A stretch of 58,525 bases of DNA, filler included, from Sluysia triapertura (GCA_046118255.1; 4 parts of 4 records of this genome joined end to end with filler, not necessarily neighbours in it), one strand, 5' to 3'; shown: positions 11,600-23,615, counted from the whole stretch's first letter. Numbers and translations are program-made. The notes: a model not told the origin generated them from the letters alone.

Positions 11600-12180
11600 T
11601 AAAAATCTTTTATCATTAATCTTAATCACGATGGTTACAATTCACTGCGATGAACATACCTATAAATCAGAAAATTTTGAATTTTATAATTTGGATAACG
11701 TGGTAAGAGTTAAAATATTAAATAATATTCATGCTAGATTCGCCTCTCTGAAACTAACTTTAGTTCCTGGGTTATACATGAAAATTATATTAGTGATGAT
11801 TTAAAGTATCCTTTTATGGTATGTTCAGATTTGCTACCTATTGAAAATAGACACATCATTGTGAAAATTCGTTTCTGATCGAAATATTTACACTTTGCGT
11901 TAAAAGGAACAAGAAAACATCTGACAATATTAGAAGTACTACGAAACCATCCAGCATTAGTAATATTAATTATAGCTGCAATATTATTCGTAATTGATCT
12001 TGCAATAGTAGTTCTGTCTCAAATAGATGTCGGTATCCATGTCTACCACATAATAATAACGATGATTCAAATGATTATGACCCTCCACCGGGTTTGCCAA
12101 TATTTCGTCCTCCAATTTATGAATATACTACAAATAATCAAACACCCTTTATTTATGGAGTGTCTTTAATGTTATTGTAA
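11600..12180 (+). pseudogene. Disrupted lineage-specific single-pass membrane protein-like ORF
   Basis: Hydrophobic N-terminus (LLSLILITMVTIHC), a later TM-like stretch HPALVILIIAAILFVI and a Pro-rich tail DYDPPPGLPIFRPPIYEY, in shifting frames. No family recognised. Confidence 0.3.
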
Positions 12181-12323
12181 TAGGATTTAATATTATTTTG
12201 TTCAATGTTTCATTATTTAATTGTTTATTGTTTAGTACTTTATAAATTATGATAAACATAAATTTAAAATAAGAATTATTAAACTTAAAAAGTATTAAAA
12301 TATTTGTCTTTATAAAGGTGGAC

Positions 12324-12720
12324 TTAAGGTCCTTGATAATATAAACTGAATATGAATAATATAAAATATCCATATATTATGTCAATTGTGAAAATAACAG
12401 CAATAGAACGAAAAATGATAGATAAAATAACAATGTCCATTTGATAATATAAAAGACCACGTACAAATAAGCTAGTTACCAACTCATCGATACTCTCTAA
12501 ACTGACGTTAGTGACCGTTGAAAAGTTTGTTGCATAAATATACAAGTCTTCTTTCAAGACTTCATAGCATGTACTCTTTTAGCGTTTAATTGACGTGAAT
12601 TCAAATTTAAAAGTCTTTGTGTTTTATTGTTTAAAGACGGTATAGTCGACGTACTTAGTGTCGGACGACTTACAATCGTCGTCAAATGTGCAACGGACTT
12701 TAAACATTTCACTCTGTAGC
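12324..12720 (-). pseudogene. Disrupted ORF of an unknown Cys-containing protein with a C-terminal hydrophobic segment; apparent paralog of 39763-40107
   Basis: One frame, interrupted only by two TAA, reads FKVRCTFDDDCK...CYEVLKEDLYIYATNFSTVTNVSLESIDELVTSLF...IVILSIIF. ATNFSTVTNVSLESIDELVT resembles ADTFTTFTSLDSVNSINQFTT in the 39763 ORF. Confidence 0.4.
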
Positions 12721-15236
12721 ACTTTATCTCAATCTTTCGAAAAAATAAATAAGGAAATTCAGTAAATTATGCACTTTGAGAACGTTCATAATAATATTTT
12801 AAATTAACGCAAGGTCTTAAGTCTTGAATTTAATATTAAAATGAAAAATAAAATTAAAAAATAAATGTAAAAATTATAAATTTAATAAATTATAAATATT
12901 AATTAATTAAAAAAAATTTTCAGTTAATTAATAATTTTAATTAATTTATAAAATTTTTAACTAATATATAATTTTTAATTAGTAGGTAAATTTCAATTAA
13001 AACTTAATTTTAATAAAAGAAACAATTTTTGATAAGGTAATTTTACGGAAAAGGTGTTCATTTAAAACATTGAGCCCGGAATCCGTACTTGAAATACATA
13101 AATAAATAAAAGACAACTGGTAATGGCAATGATGCAACACAAGCAAAATATTACGTATTTTTTTGCTATAATTTATCAAATTAATTTGATTTTATTACAA
13201 GATTGTGTGGCCTGAAGTTTTATAATTTATGAATTATGTCGAGTGCAATGAATTAATGTGTAGTATTTATTTGATGTAATATAATTGCAGGTAAATTTAA
13301 CGGTCAATAATTTAAATATATTTTAGTGTAGGATTTTTGTATTCGTAAGTTGAAGTAGTGATATGTAGAAATATGAGTTGTGTGAATTAATATTATTATT
13401 TGTGATTATTAATTATTACTAAAATTACCATTATTACAATTTGACATTATTTAACGCTTTTACTAAACCATTGAATCTTTAATTTTTTGAAGTCATATAT
13501 AAATCTTAGACTTACTCACTTAAGGGCTAAGTTGAAAGCAGTATTTTAGAAGAAACTTATATGGGGGTTATACTTTTTTGGCAAAACTACTGTACTTTTA
13601 TATAATGTTAATATCGGCCTTTTCTTTTTGTTTAATAACTTTTTTGTGTGTGTTTTGCAAATACTGCGTGTGTATTTATACAATTTTTTATGTGACCTTT
13701 ATCGATTTTAAAAGAATTTTTTTTGTTTGAAAATAATGATTTTAATATTTGAAAGTAATAATGATTTTGATAATAATCAATAATAATAAAAATAATAATA
13801 CCAATTAAATGACTTGATCTATTTTTAGAATCTATTTATAATATTTACACAAAATCTATTCTTAGAATTAATTAGAAAAATCGTTTTAATATTTAATACA
13901 TACATATTTATTTATACACATATTTAGATACATTTATTCTTATTTTTAGACATTGAATACATATTTTATTCACACAGATAATTTAGATATAATTACATTA
14001 TTTATTATGACATAATTTATTTACACACACATTGACATAAATATTTTGAAGAGTCCAACATCTTCTACGAAAAACAATTTCTTTGAAAAAAACGTAAGTC
14101 ATAAAATCAACTTGAATCAACTTGAATCTAAGATAGTGACAGATAAAATTTCAAAAATATCTAATTTAACATTGTTTTCAGCTTAAGTTTTAAATTTAAT
14201 AAAATGAAATAAATAAAAGTTTACTAAATTGTCTATTGATTAATTGTTATTTAATTCATCTGAAAAGCAAAAATAATTAATTTCTTATTACAAATTAATT
14301 AATTTTAAAAAATAAACTAAATATCAACATTTTCGCTGTATAATGATTCATATTATAAAAAATTTCTATTGGTAACAAGTATGAACAAAATGTCAAATGA
14401 GATATATATGAACAAAAGAACCGGATGTTAAATTCTAAATTTTTATAGACGATAATTCTGTGAAAATATAATTATTTCTAATGTACAGATTAGAATTATA
14501 AAAAACTAAATAAAATTAAACGTAGTTTAAGTTATTTTAATTAATAATTCGAATTTGTTTTTTTCTAATGATATTTTGAAGCAAAATTGACGTTTTGAAA
14601 AAATACAAAATTTTACAATAAAATTAAAAGAAATTTATTTTACACACTGCCAATTTAATTCCGATACAGAACTTTTTCATAAAACTGTCAGCACAATCTA
14701 ACATTGCATTTCTAAGTTAATTTTACAATGTTTTCAATTAACACCTTTAGTCTATACATGAAGTAACCAATCAAATTCAATAACCCTTCGAATATCAAAA
14801 ACTCAAAATTTAAGACCATATTTTTTCAAAATGCATTTTCACAATATTTATAATTCATAAGACCTAAAAATTATTTCGTTTGTCACCAAAGTACATGGGT
14901 TAGCTATATATCGACAAATTATAACTAGGAAGTTAGCTAGAAGAATTAATATTACCCTACCCCCCTTAATGTATGAGATAATCATGCAATGATTTTATTG
15001 ATAGGGAATATAAACAACTCATTTTCCATTCGATTGATATTCTACAATTAAATAATTTTTTTAATCAAAAGAAACTAAATAGTTATATTGGAAATTATAC
15101 AAATTATATTTTAATTAAACAATCAAAAGTTAAAACAAAACAATAAATTATAATTGAACTAAAATCAAAATTTACTTCAACATATCGAACGTATAAAACT
15201 CATTCAAAGGATCATTATAGGGTTAGTTTAATAACT

Positions 15237-15237
<1 letters not shown>

Positions 15238-15285
<48 letters not shown>
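15238..15285. repeat. (TAA)n microsatellite
   Basis: About 16 perfect units. Confidence 0.95.
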
Positions 15286-16168
15286 GACAGTTGACTATGA
15301 ATATATACCTTAATTTACTAATATATAAAAATTTTCAATATATTCAATTGTAGTTTCAAAATAATTTTTTAACACTAGAATAGTCTCCATCAAAATTTTA
15401 TAATTTAGACATTATACATTTGAAAACTTATAATTATTTGACAAATTGATACTTTTTCTTTTATTTTCGAAAATTTTTCACTTTATAGCAAATTATAACA
15501 TTTATTTATATTATATCACAATTTTAATACATACATTTTTCTAACAAAATAATGTATAACTTAAGTGATAAAAACCTTTGACATTTATTTAAATTTTAAT
15601 GAAAGTAGACACCACTTATTTAAAGATCGATAATATATATTTTTGTAAACTTTTTAAGATATATTTAATACTGATGTCATTGTGCGAATATTAATAATAA
15701 ATTTGCACATTAAAATAAGTATAAAATCACTTTAAATTATGTAATACTTTATGTGCAACTCTCTATTTTTATTTTAGGCATAAAAATAGCTTTGAGTATT
15801 TATTGTTTAATTTTTAGACTATTCTACTAGCAAAAACTAAACATTACTACAAATCATTCAATAAATCAATTTTATAACATGAAATAAAACAATTAAACAA
15901 TTCACATTAAATTTGCAAATAGTTGCATAGAGTGAACTCAACTTTGACATTTTGTATTTTAGCTATAAAATAATGACAGATATTTTATCATCACGATAAG
16001 GATATATTTAACTATTTGTTAAATTAATCCTAAATTGGCTTAAATATAAATATTATATGGTTCAGTGTATTAAAAATAGGTAATAAAAATAATTGGAACA
16101 AATAATTAAAGAATTAATAGGACATTATAGAGGGCTCGGGTATTATGAAATAATCGAAAAGTTCTAGC

Positions 16169-17269
16169 TCATTTACTCGGTTTAGCAGTCCAAATTAAGC
16201 AAGAGGAATCCCACGAACCCGTAGCCACTCCAACACCTGCTGGACTTATAGAAACACAACTTACCCTACCGTCATGTCCTGACATGATTCCCACACGTTC
16301 TTCTCGTAATACGTCCCACACATGACAATGATAGTCATCATATCCTGCAATAAGTAAACGCCCACTTTTACTAAGACTGACACTAGTACTACCACAATTT
16401 ATATAATCATCTGTATAAACTGCTATTGATTGGTCTGCTCTAATATCCCATAGACGACAAGTACCATCATCCGAAGAACTCACGAAACCATAAGAATCTT
16501 TTGGGAAAAAATCAACACCATTAACATCTTCCGTATGACCTTCAAATACTTGGCAACATACATCACTGCGACTATCCCATAAACGACATGTTTTGTCAGA
16601 CGAAACTGACACAAAACAATCAGGGTTGGATGGATTTAGACCCAAAGCTGTTATATCATTATAATGACCGTAAAATTGTTTAATCAATTTGCTGTTTCCT
16701 TGACTTATATCCCATAAAATACATGTTTTATCACCTGATGACGATAAAATGTGATTGTCATCTTTAACGAATCGACAATTAGAAATATAACCTTTGTGCT
16801 CTTTTAATTCAATGCACGGCCTAGTCTGAGATTCGATTGTCGATATATTGAAAACTGAAACAACATTATCTAAACCACCACTACAAACATAAGTCATTGA
16901 TGGTGAATAACCACAACCAATAACCCAAGGTACTTCTAAAGCTATCATATGAATCTTGTTAGCGGTATAGGTGTCCCAAATGAACAATTTACCGTCTTGT
17001 GAAGCAGATAATAATAATTGACTATCTGCTGCCCAGCATATTCCTGTAACTTTTGATAAATGTCCATGTAATTCTTTACGAATTTTAAATTTTATCCTAC
17101 CCAATTCTTTTACATGTTCTGTCATTTTGAAATAATCTGTATCTTGGACTGCTTGGCGTGCCAAATCCAATTGTTCTTTCATTTGTTCAATTTCCAATAT
17201 TAAGCCCTTTTCTTCTGCACTTATCTCTTCATCTGGTGTAGCGGATATATGATTGGATTCTTCAGTCAT
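16169..17269 (-). CDS. GNB: Heterotrimeric G-protein beta subunit (WD40), intronless CDS, 366 aa from the ATG at 17269
   Basis: N-terminal coiled coil and seven WD repeats with G-beta hallmarks: LHGHLSKV, SASQDGKL, SGGLDN, SSSGDKTC, SDDGTCRLWDIRADQ, SKSGRLLIAGYDD, GHDGRVSC, ATGSWDS. The ORF-track start at 17275 is TTG; the first ATG is at 17269. Confidence 0.97.
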   Translation of the reverse strand: MTEESNHISATPDEEISAEEKGLILEIEQMKEQLDLARQAVQDTDYFKMTEHVKELGRIKFKIRKELHGHLSKVTGICWAADSQLLLSASQDGKLFIWDTYTANKIHMIALEVPWVIGCGYSPSMTYVCSGGLDNVVSVFNISTIESQTRPCIELKEHKGYISNCRFVKDDNHILSSSGDKTCILWDISQGNSKLIKQFYGHYNDITALGLNPSNPDCFVSVSSDKTCRLWDSRSDVCCQVFEGHTEDVNGVDFFPKDSYGFVSSSDDGTCRLWDIRADQSIAVYTDDYINCGSTSVSLSKSGRLLIAGYDDYHCHVWDVLREERVGIMSGHDGRVSCVSISPAGVGVATGSWDSSCLIWTAKPSK

Positions 17270-17289
17270 TATCAATAATGATTAACCAT

Positions 17290-17957
17290 GAAAAAAGGTA
17301 ATAAATCCAATTTGTTTTGAGTTGATAACAAAATAGTAGAATATGCAATTAAAAAGTTCAATTTTAAAATGACAAAGAGTTGCCTAATATTTATTTCATA
17401 ATTTTGAAGCTTGAATAACAAATAAATTCAATAACTAACCTCGGTTTAATGATCGATATGCATACCAACAAATTACACGACACACGCACACAAATTTAAT
17501 GTTCAAAATTTCTTTAATAATTTCGTGAGAACAACATTAACCAATCAAATTTAAAATTTAGGAATAGGAAATTATTTCTAATAAATCTATTTTTAGCGTA
17601 TTACACATAAAAATACAAACCAATAGATCGATAAGTGATACATTTATCACCGAACATTTATTGTACATTATATCTTAAATTTGTTTTTAGAGTAGTTTAA
17701 ATAATGTGATTTTGAGTCATATTAAAACATCTAAGATTTTTTTGTTTTAAATGTTAAAAATTTAAAAAATGAAATTGTTTTAAATTATTATAAATTATAA
17801 TATTTTATAATGAGTTTTTATATTTTGTAATAACATTTTACCGTAAGCTGATAAATAATATTTATCAATTACAAAGTTAGAATAAAATTTTATTTTTTTA
17901 TCTTTGTTATGCATAATCTATATAAATTGTATAATATAGATTAACAGTTCATTACAT
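17290..17957. promoter_or_regulatory. Putative bidirectional promoter between G-beta and the divergent short-intron gene, with CCAAT boxes at 17541 and 17620
   Basis: Divergent ATGs at 17269 (-) and 17958 (+), with AACCAATCA and AACCAATAG between them. Confidence 0.3.
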
Positions 17958-18296
17958 ATGCAAGCTACTAAATTAATCAGATTAAGTCGAGGTTTACAGT
18001 ATCTTATAAAATTTCCTAAACTGCCTAAAAGAATATATCCTAATAATCAGTTAAGAAATTACTTTCGTTTATTTAATAGAGGTGGCATAAAATTTGTTAT
18101 TCCAAATATGTGAGTTATATATTCAATTCTTATTTTTAGTTTAGATATTACTGCTGGACAAAATTAAATAAATTTTACGACATTGTGTTTCAAAGATGTG
18201 TTCCAAATTTTTCAATTGCAACACCTTTACCGTTAGGTGATCATATTAATAATGGCGCTAGCAATGTTATCTTTAGTGTACGAAATTTCCGTTTTG
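17958..18296 (+). CDS. Probable spliced gene of unknown product (exons 17958-18049, 18080-18109, 18145-18296; the 3' continuation is unresolved)
   Basis: GT-AG introns of 30 and 35 nt join in frame to MQATKLIRLSRGLQYLIKFPKLPKRIYPNNQGGIKFVIPNIYYCWTKLNKFYDIVFQRCVPNFSIATPLPLGDHINNGASNVIFSVRNFRF, followed by a GTTAG donor. The basic, acid-free N-terminus resembles a mitochondrial presequence. Confidence 0.45.
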
Positions 18297-20867
18297 GTTA
18301 GAATATATTAATTTACATTTTTAAAATACAACTTTTAAATAAAGTTTATTTATAGATGCAAAAGTGACAGGTTAAATTTGAATTAAATAAAAATCTATTA
18401 ATTAGAATATAATATTTAAACCTATTAAATATTAAATAACTAAAAATCAGTTTTTTGTTAGAGTTTCTATTTCTATGGGTTTTTATTTATTTTGGGTTTA
18501 TAAATTTATAAAATGCGTTGGTATTTTAATATTTTTAAAGTTAAACAAAACTAAAAATTAAATATTTTATTTTAATGTTTGTTTAATGTAAAACATTACC
18601 TGTTACTATTTTATTGGTAGGTAAGAACAGTTTGCAAAATATCAATAAATCATTTGGGTTAATTAAAAAATATTTAAAATTGACTTGTTTTTTGTTACTG
18701 GTTCATTACTTGTGATGTTTCAATTAAAACAATCTTCTATCATGAATTGATTATCTTAAAATCTTCGCCAAGTCTTATATAATTAAAGGCTTGTCCACAT
18801 GATTTTAAATCAATAAATGCAAAAATGTCTTTTACTCACTTTAAATTAATGGGACATTAGTGTTAATGCCTTAAGAAAGAATTAATTATTAAACTCTTTC
18901 TCTAATAGAGTCTAAAGTTCTGTTAAGTTTAATGTCAATATATAATTCAAATGTATTGTTAGAAATGTATTTTATGTCCACATTTAAAATAGGACTTGAA
19001 AAAATGTGTTTTAAGGGTTTATTTAAAATAATCCCGGAAAACAAAAAATACTTTATAATTTATTTCCTTAGTTTATGGACTTCTTACAAATAGTCCTTCA
19101 AAAGGTGCTGAGAATTAAAATTTTTTTGGAAATCATTGAAATGAATGTAATTAAAGTCACTAAAATTTAAATCAAGGAAGTCTGTTATAATTCAATAAAA
19201 GATCGATTATAAAGCAAGAATAAACTCGATAACAAAATTATAGTTCTAAACTTTAATTGAAATATTAAAATTTAAATATTTTCTGAGATTATTTAAAATA
19301 ATTTGTAAAATAATTAAAATAGATTTTGCGTAGATTTTAGATATCGTTTAGAGTTATCAAAAACTTATATTAAAATCTGACACGCAATGATGGAAGTTAG
19401 ATTCGTTAAGAATTTTTGTAAAATGGATCACTTGACGAGTATTTGTGAAATTTATATACAAATGAACTGAATGATGTAGATAAAATAATTATAAACAAAA
19501 TGAAGTAATTGAGATTAAAATAGCTGAATAAACGGCTAATTGTACATACCAAATTAAATCGTTTATGGACATTTGTGAAATTTATGTGCCAATTGACTAA
19601 ATGAGCAGAATAATAATTATAAAATTATAAGTAAAAGTCAATAATTGCAATTAAAAAAACTATAAAATAAAATTATAAATTATACAATTTATGAAATAAA
19701 TTGTATAAACAAGAATTGTAAGATGTTAAGCCTTTTAGCGTTTTTATACTAGCAAAATTGTATGACCTTAAAAAGCCTCCAAGTCGATAAGAATGCACAT
19801 TGTTAATAATGTAGCTACACCATCTGCTGCATTGTTAATGATGAATTTATTATTTAACTTCAACAATTATATTCGCCTGTAATCCAGTGATCAATATATC
19901 TAGGAAGACACAGTTACAGGTAGATGTCAAAATGCTACGAAAGGAGGTCCTTATATAAATGCTCGTTATTCTACAAATCAATTGTTTTAAAGAAGAGATC
20001 TTTTAATCTTTGATTAATAGCTTAATATATTTCTAACTTTTGTACGAAATTTTAACAAAATAACAAACAAATACTGAAATTTATTGAATACAAGTTTAAA
20101 AAAATGAGTACACTTTTATATTAATAATAAAATAATGATATTGAAGTTCTATGAACTTTAGAGAATTAATATATTATTTTAGAAAAGTGATATTAAGTCA
20201 AGATTAATTCTTAACTTTTAAAATTTGTTTTGATTTTAACTAAGATTTTAAAACTAATATTATAGTTTTCTAAACTTATGCAAGATGAACTTACAATTTC
20301 ATGTATGAATAATAATGATGATAAATCCTTTTGTTCTGTGTTCCCAATTAAATTTCACCAAAGTTACTAAATCGTCAAATTTCACCTAAGATGCCAAATC
20401 TTTAAATGTGCGAGCGATGTCAAATCGTTTTCAATAACGGATCCTAATCAAAAATTTTCTTAATGCCTGAGCACTATAAAGATGTTCCTTTAAATATTCG
20501 TTACTTCGTCTTGTAAAAAATAATAGATTAATAATAAAATCATTCTTACTTTACGCAATCCTAAGTTAAATTATCAAAAAAATTGTTTAAAAATGTTATT
20601 TTATAATAAATACTAAATTTAAAGTTATTAAATTCTGTCAATTATCATAAGAGTTTATTAATTGAAACATAAAAAATTTCTTTCACATTTTAAAGTAATT
20701 GTAAATCATTTACAAATATTTTGATATTTCAAGTTTATTTCGTACAAATTTAAATTTAATTTACTAATTACATAATTAAATTAATTCATTACTTAAAATT
20801 TAATCATTTATTTATGCAATAACTGTATGTACATGTAAATTTTATTTACAGATTTTATTTACAATTA

Positions 20868-22200
20868 CTTCCCTTTCTGGGAAGATTCGTCCCGAATCTC
20901 ACAAATAAAACGATGCATTGTAGTAAAACAATAAAAAAATCATGTGCCAATCAAAATCACATTGATGAATTATGTTTGATTAAAAATCATCGAAGTCAAC
21001 TCCATCATTGGCGATGATACCAGGTGATGAACCAAAATACATTCCGTGACGATCCAGTTGAAGATGTACTGGGAAATTGACTGGATAAGTGTAAAGATCT
21101 TTTTGTTGTTTCGTCTACGGGCGATTGAAGCGGTATATGATGGACGATCGAAGGTTTTGTGGTGGTTGTCGCGAAAACATCACGAGAAATAGGGATAATT
21201 GTAGTGACAGAAAAAAGTGGAGGGGGAAGAAAACAGGGAGGTAAAAAAGAAGTGTCATTTTTATGAATCAAATCAAATAAATACACTAACTCGAATGCCA
21301 TCCTCAAACATGTCATAAGCGGTGGCACCGGGTACAACGAAAGGTTTGGCTCCCTCTTGATATAACATTAGATTTAGTATACGATAGCAGATTATGGTTG
21401 GTAAGATTGATAATACCATTAAGCCAACCAAAAGGCCGTCCCAAGGTTTCATTAACAAAACATGAATTCAATGATACTAATATTATATCGTGAAAGCGAC
21501 CAAGAAAGAAAAGTCATCAATATCTTTACCATCACGAATGTCAGCGTCTGTCATTTCCTCAATGTCCCGTACGAAATGTCTTATTCTTAATCGTGACTTA
21601 ATGTTAGCATCTGAGTGAAATTGTTTACAATAGGGGACGCAGGACATTTGAATTATGTGTGGCATATCCAGAAAATCAAATGTATAGGAAAAAGATACAA
21701 AGACCAAACGCTCCTCGTCATAGGAACGTGAGTGAATGAAATCCCACTATTCCAACGCTCTAAATTCTTATAAAGATTTGGCGGGAATGACTCAAATTCA
21801 TCTAAAGGCCAAGGAAATAGTAAAGCGATAGATGCCGGGAATTAATGACACAACTCCTAGTAATATTCGTGACATGTAAAGATGAAAAACTACGAACTCT
21901 TGTTAAGAAGGATATACCATTATCAGCTAATGTGATCTTAGCGACTCCACGAGCTACGGCTACATACAAAGAATCAACGGAGTATGGGATTCCGTAGTGA
22001 CCATTTAGGGTAAGTGCAAAGATGTGGATGGCTAAATTAAGATTTACAGTGTTTACAAAATTAGAGAAAAAGGTAGGGGTGATGCTTTCGTGACAATATT
22101 TGTCTATATAGACAAAAATTCTTTTTTTGGTTGATAATTCTGACTTCTGAAGAACTAGAAGAAAATACAGTCCGACTCCGTTTTTGGGAAAACCTCGGGG
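20868..22200 (-). pseudogene. Visibly GC-richer island with a chain of frameshifted minus-strand ORFs; unidentified, possibly viral or transposon cargo
   Basis: Consecutive minus-strand open frames (~22200-21800, 21707-21483, 21458-21273, 21337-21005), no evident splice pattern, composition unlike the flanks. Confidence 0.4.
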
Positions 22201-22244
22201 GAAAATTTTGTCACCATAATAGTAATCCTCAAAAATATGCTTTT

Positions 22245-22490
22245 TTTAAAAAATTAACTTTCAAGTGGGGAAAATTAGTTGAAATTTTGAAAAATTAAAT
22301 TAAAAATTTTTAAAACTTTGTTTAAATATTTGATTTATTAATAAAATAGATTTGATTTATTAATTAATAGATTTGATTTATTAATTAATAGATTTACTAA
22401 ATGAAATATTTAAACAAAGTTAAAAAATTTTTTAATTTAATTTTTCAAAATTTCAACTAATTTTCCTCACTTGAAAGTTCATTTTTTAAA
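22245..22490. repeat. Fold-back inverted repeat: ~93-bp arms, loop made of ~21-bp tandem units (ATAGATTTGATTTATTAATTA)
   Basis: 22245-22337 is the near-perfect reverse complement of 22398-22490. It is flanked by the direct repeat TTTTGGG(G)AAAACCTC at ~22182 and ~22590. Confidence 0.9.
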
Positions 22491-22701
22491 TGTAATGATT
22501 CATCTTGTTTTTAACACAAATTACAGTAATTTTTTTATCAAAAAAGTCATTTTTCCCACATGTTTTACTTTTTTTTTGAAGACCTGTATTTTTGGGGAAA
22601 ACCTCAAAATTGAGGAAATTTTGCCCCATTTCGAGGTTGGGATACAGGCCTAAGGTGCCACTTAATACAATTGAATATAATAATCTAAAAATTGTTAGAC
22701 G

Positions 22702-22758
22702 GGGCTGATAGCTCAATGGCACAGCTAGAGGTTCCGCGTTCGATCTCCGGTCAGTCCA
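22702..22758 (+). pseudogene. tRNA-Ala-derived pseudogene/SINE head with the anticodon arm deleted
   Basis: Acceptor stem GGGCTGA/TCAGTCC with a G3:U70 pair (the Ala identity element), A-box TAGCTCAATGG and B-box GTTCGATC. Only 57 nt long. Confidence 0.65.
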
Positions 22759-22926
22759 CTTTATGAAGTCTAACATTTGGTGAGCCCACATATCGAATAC
22801 ACTTCTAATGTTGAAATTAATGATTCATAAGATGTTTGAGGATAAACATAATTGAATTAGGTGAGACATGTTGGGTTAAAAGGCTTAAAGTATTATTGAC
22901 TATAATAAATCTAAAATTGTTAGAAA

Positions 22927-22999
22927 GGGCTGATAGCTCAATGAGTAGACTATCGAACTGCGCAGGGAGAGGTCCCGGGTTCGATCCCCGGTCAATCCA
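22927..22999 (+). pseudogene. tRNA-Ala-like pseudogene (73 nt) followed by TTTT
   Basis: GGGCTGATAGCTCAATGAGTAGA...GAGGTCCCGGGTTCGATCCCCGGTCAATCCA. The T-arm is perfect and Ala-like, G3:U70 is present, but the anticodon stem does not pair and the acceptor has one mismatch. Confidence 0.7.
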
Positions 23000-23543
23000 T
23001 TTTATGAAGTCTAACTATAGCAATGATTTATTTCTCAAACATTTTAAAGATTTTAAACACTTTATAAGATTACTCAAGATCTCAGATGCTTATGTTAATG
23101 AGGATTTATGATTTATTTTTCTACACAAAATTTTAATTTTTACATTTAACTTGACTTTACTTAACAGAACTAATTTAACGATCAACATAGTATTAATGCC
23201 TTTAATTATGATACACAATTCAACTTTCAGGAAATTAAAATACAAATTAGTCTCTAGGCCTTTTGAAACACTGGAACATTATAGAAATAACAAATTAACC
23301 AAATTGAAACAATTTTTTATATTAAAGAATAAACAATTTAAGGTTTAAAACAAGGATAAAAGCATGAATAAAGTTATATATTCGAATACATACTTTATTA
23401 AAGTACTGCTAACAATTTCTTAGCTGCATGTATTTCTTGTATAATTTGTTCGTACACGATTTTTAATTTATGAAAAATACGGAACCAGATTTTTAAAATT
23501 ATAATGTATAATCTGATACAATAATAATTTATGCCTATGTTAA

Positions 23544-23615
23544 CACATTATGAGCGGGTATTCTTAAGTGACAGTACATAAAACGGGTACTAATACCCGC
23601 CCCGCTCATAATGTG
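23544..23615. mobile_element. 72-bp piggyBac-type micro-MITE
   Basis: Perfect 15-bp TIR CACATTATGAGCGGG / CCCGCTCATAATGTG, with TTAA on both sides (23540-43, 23616-19). Confidence 0.8.

Noticed and set aside
12324-12720. In-frame TAA/TGA inside long frames, here and elsewhere, suggesting stop-codon reassignment
   Set aside because: G-beta (366 codons) has no internal stops and ends in TGA, and Scm ends in TAA at the homologous position. The interrupted frames are often also frameshifted, which indicates pseudogene decay.
21930-21975. LYVAVARG resembling SF1 helicase motif VI (Helitron/PIF1)
   Set aside because: There are no Walker A/B or other helicase motifs in the appropriate upstream positions, and no Helitron CTRR end was found.
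22927-22999. Functional tRNA gene
   Set aside because: The anticodon stem does not pair, and the D-stem and acceptor are imperfect. It is kept only as a pseudogene.
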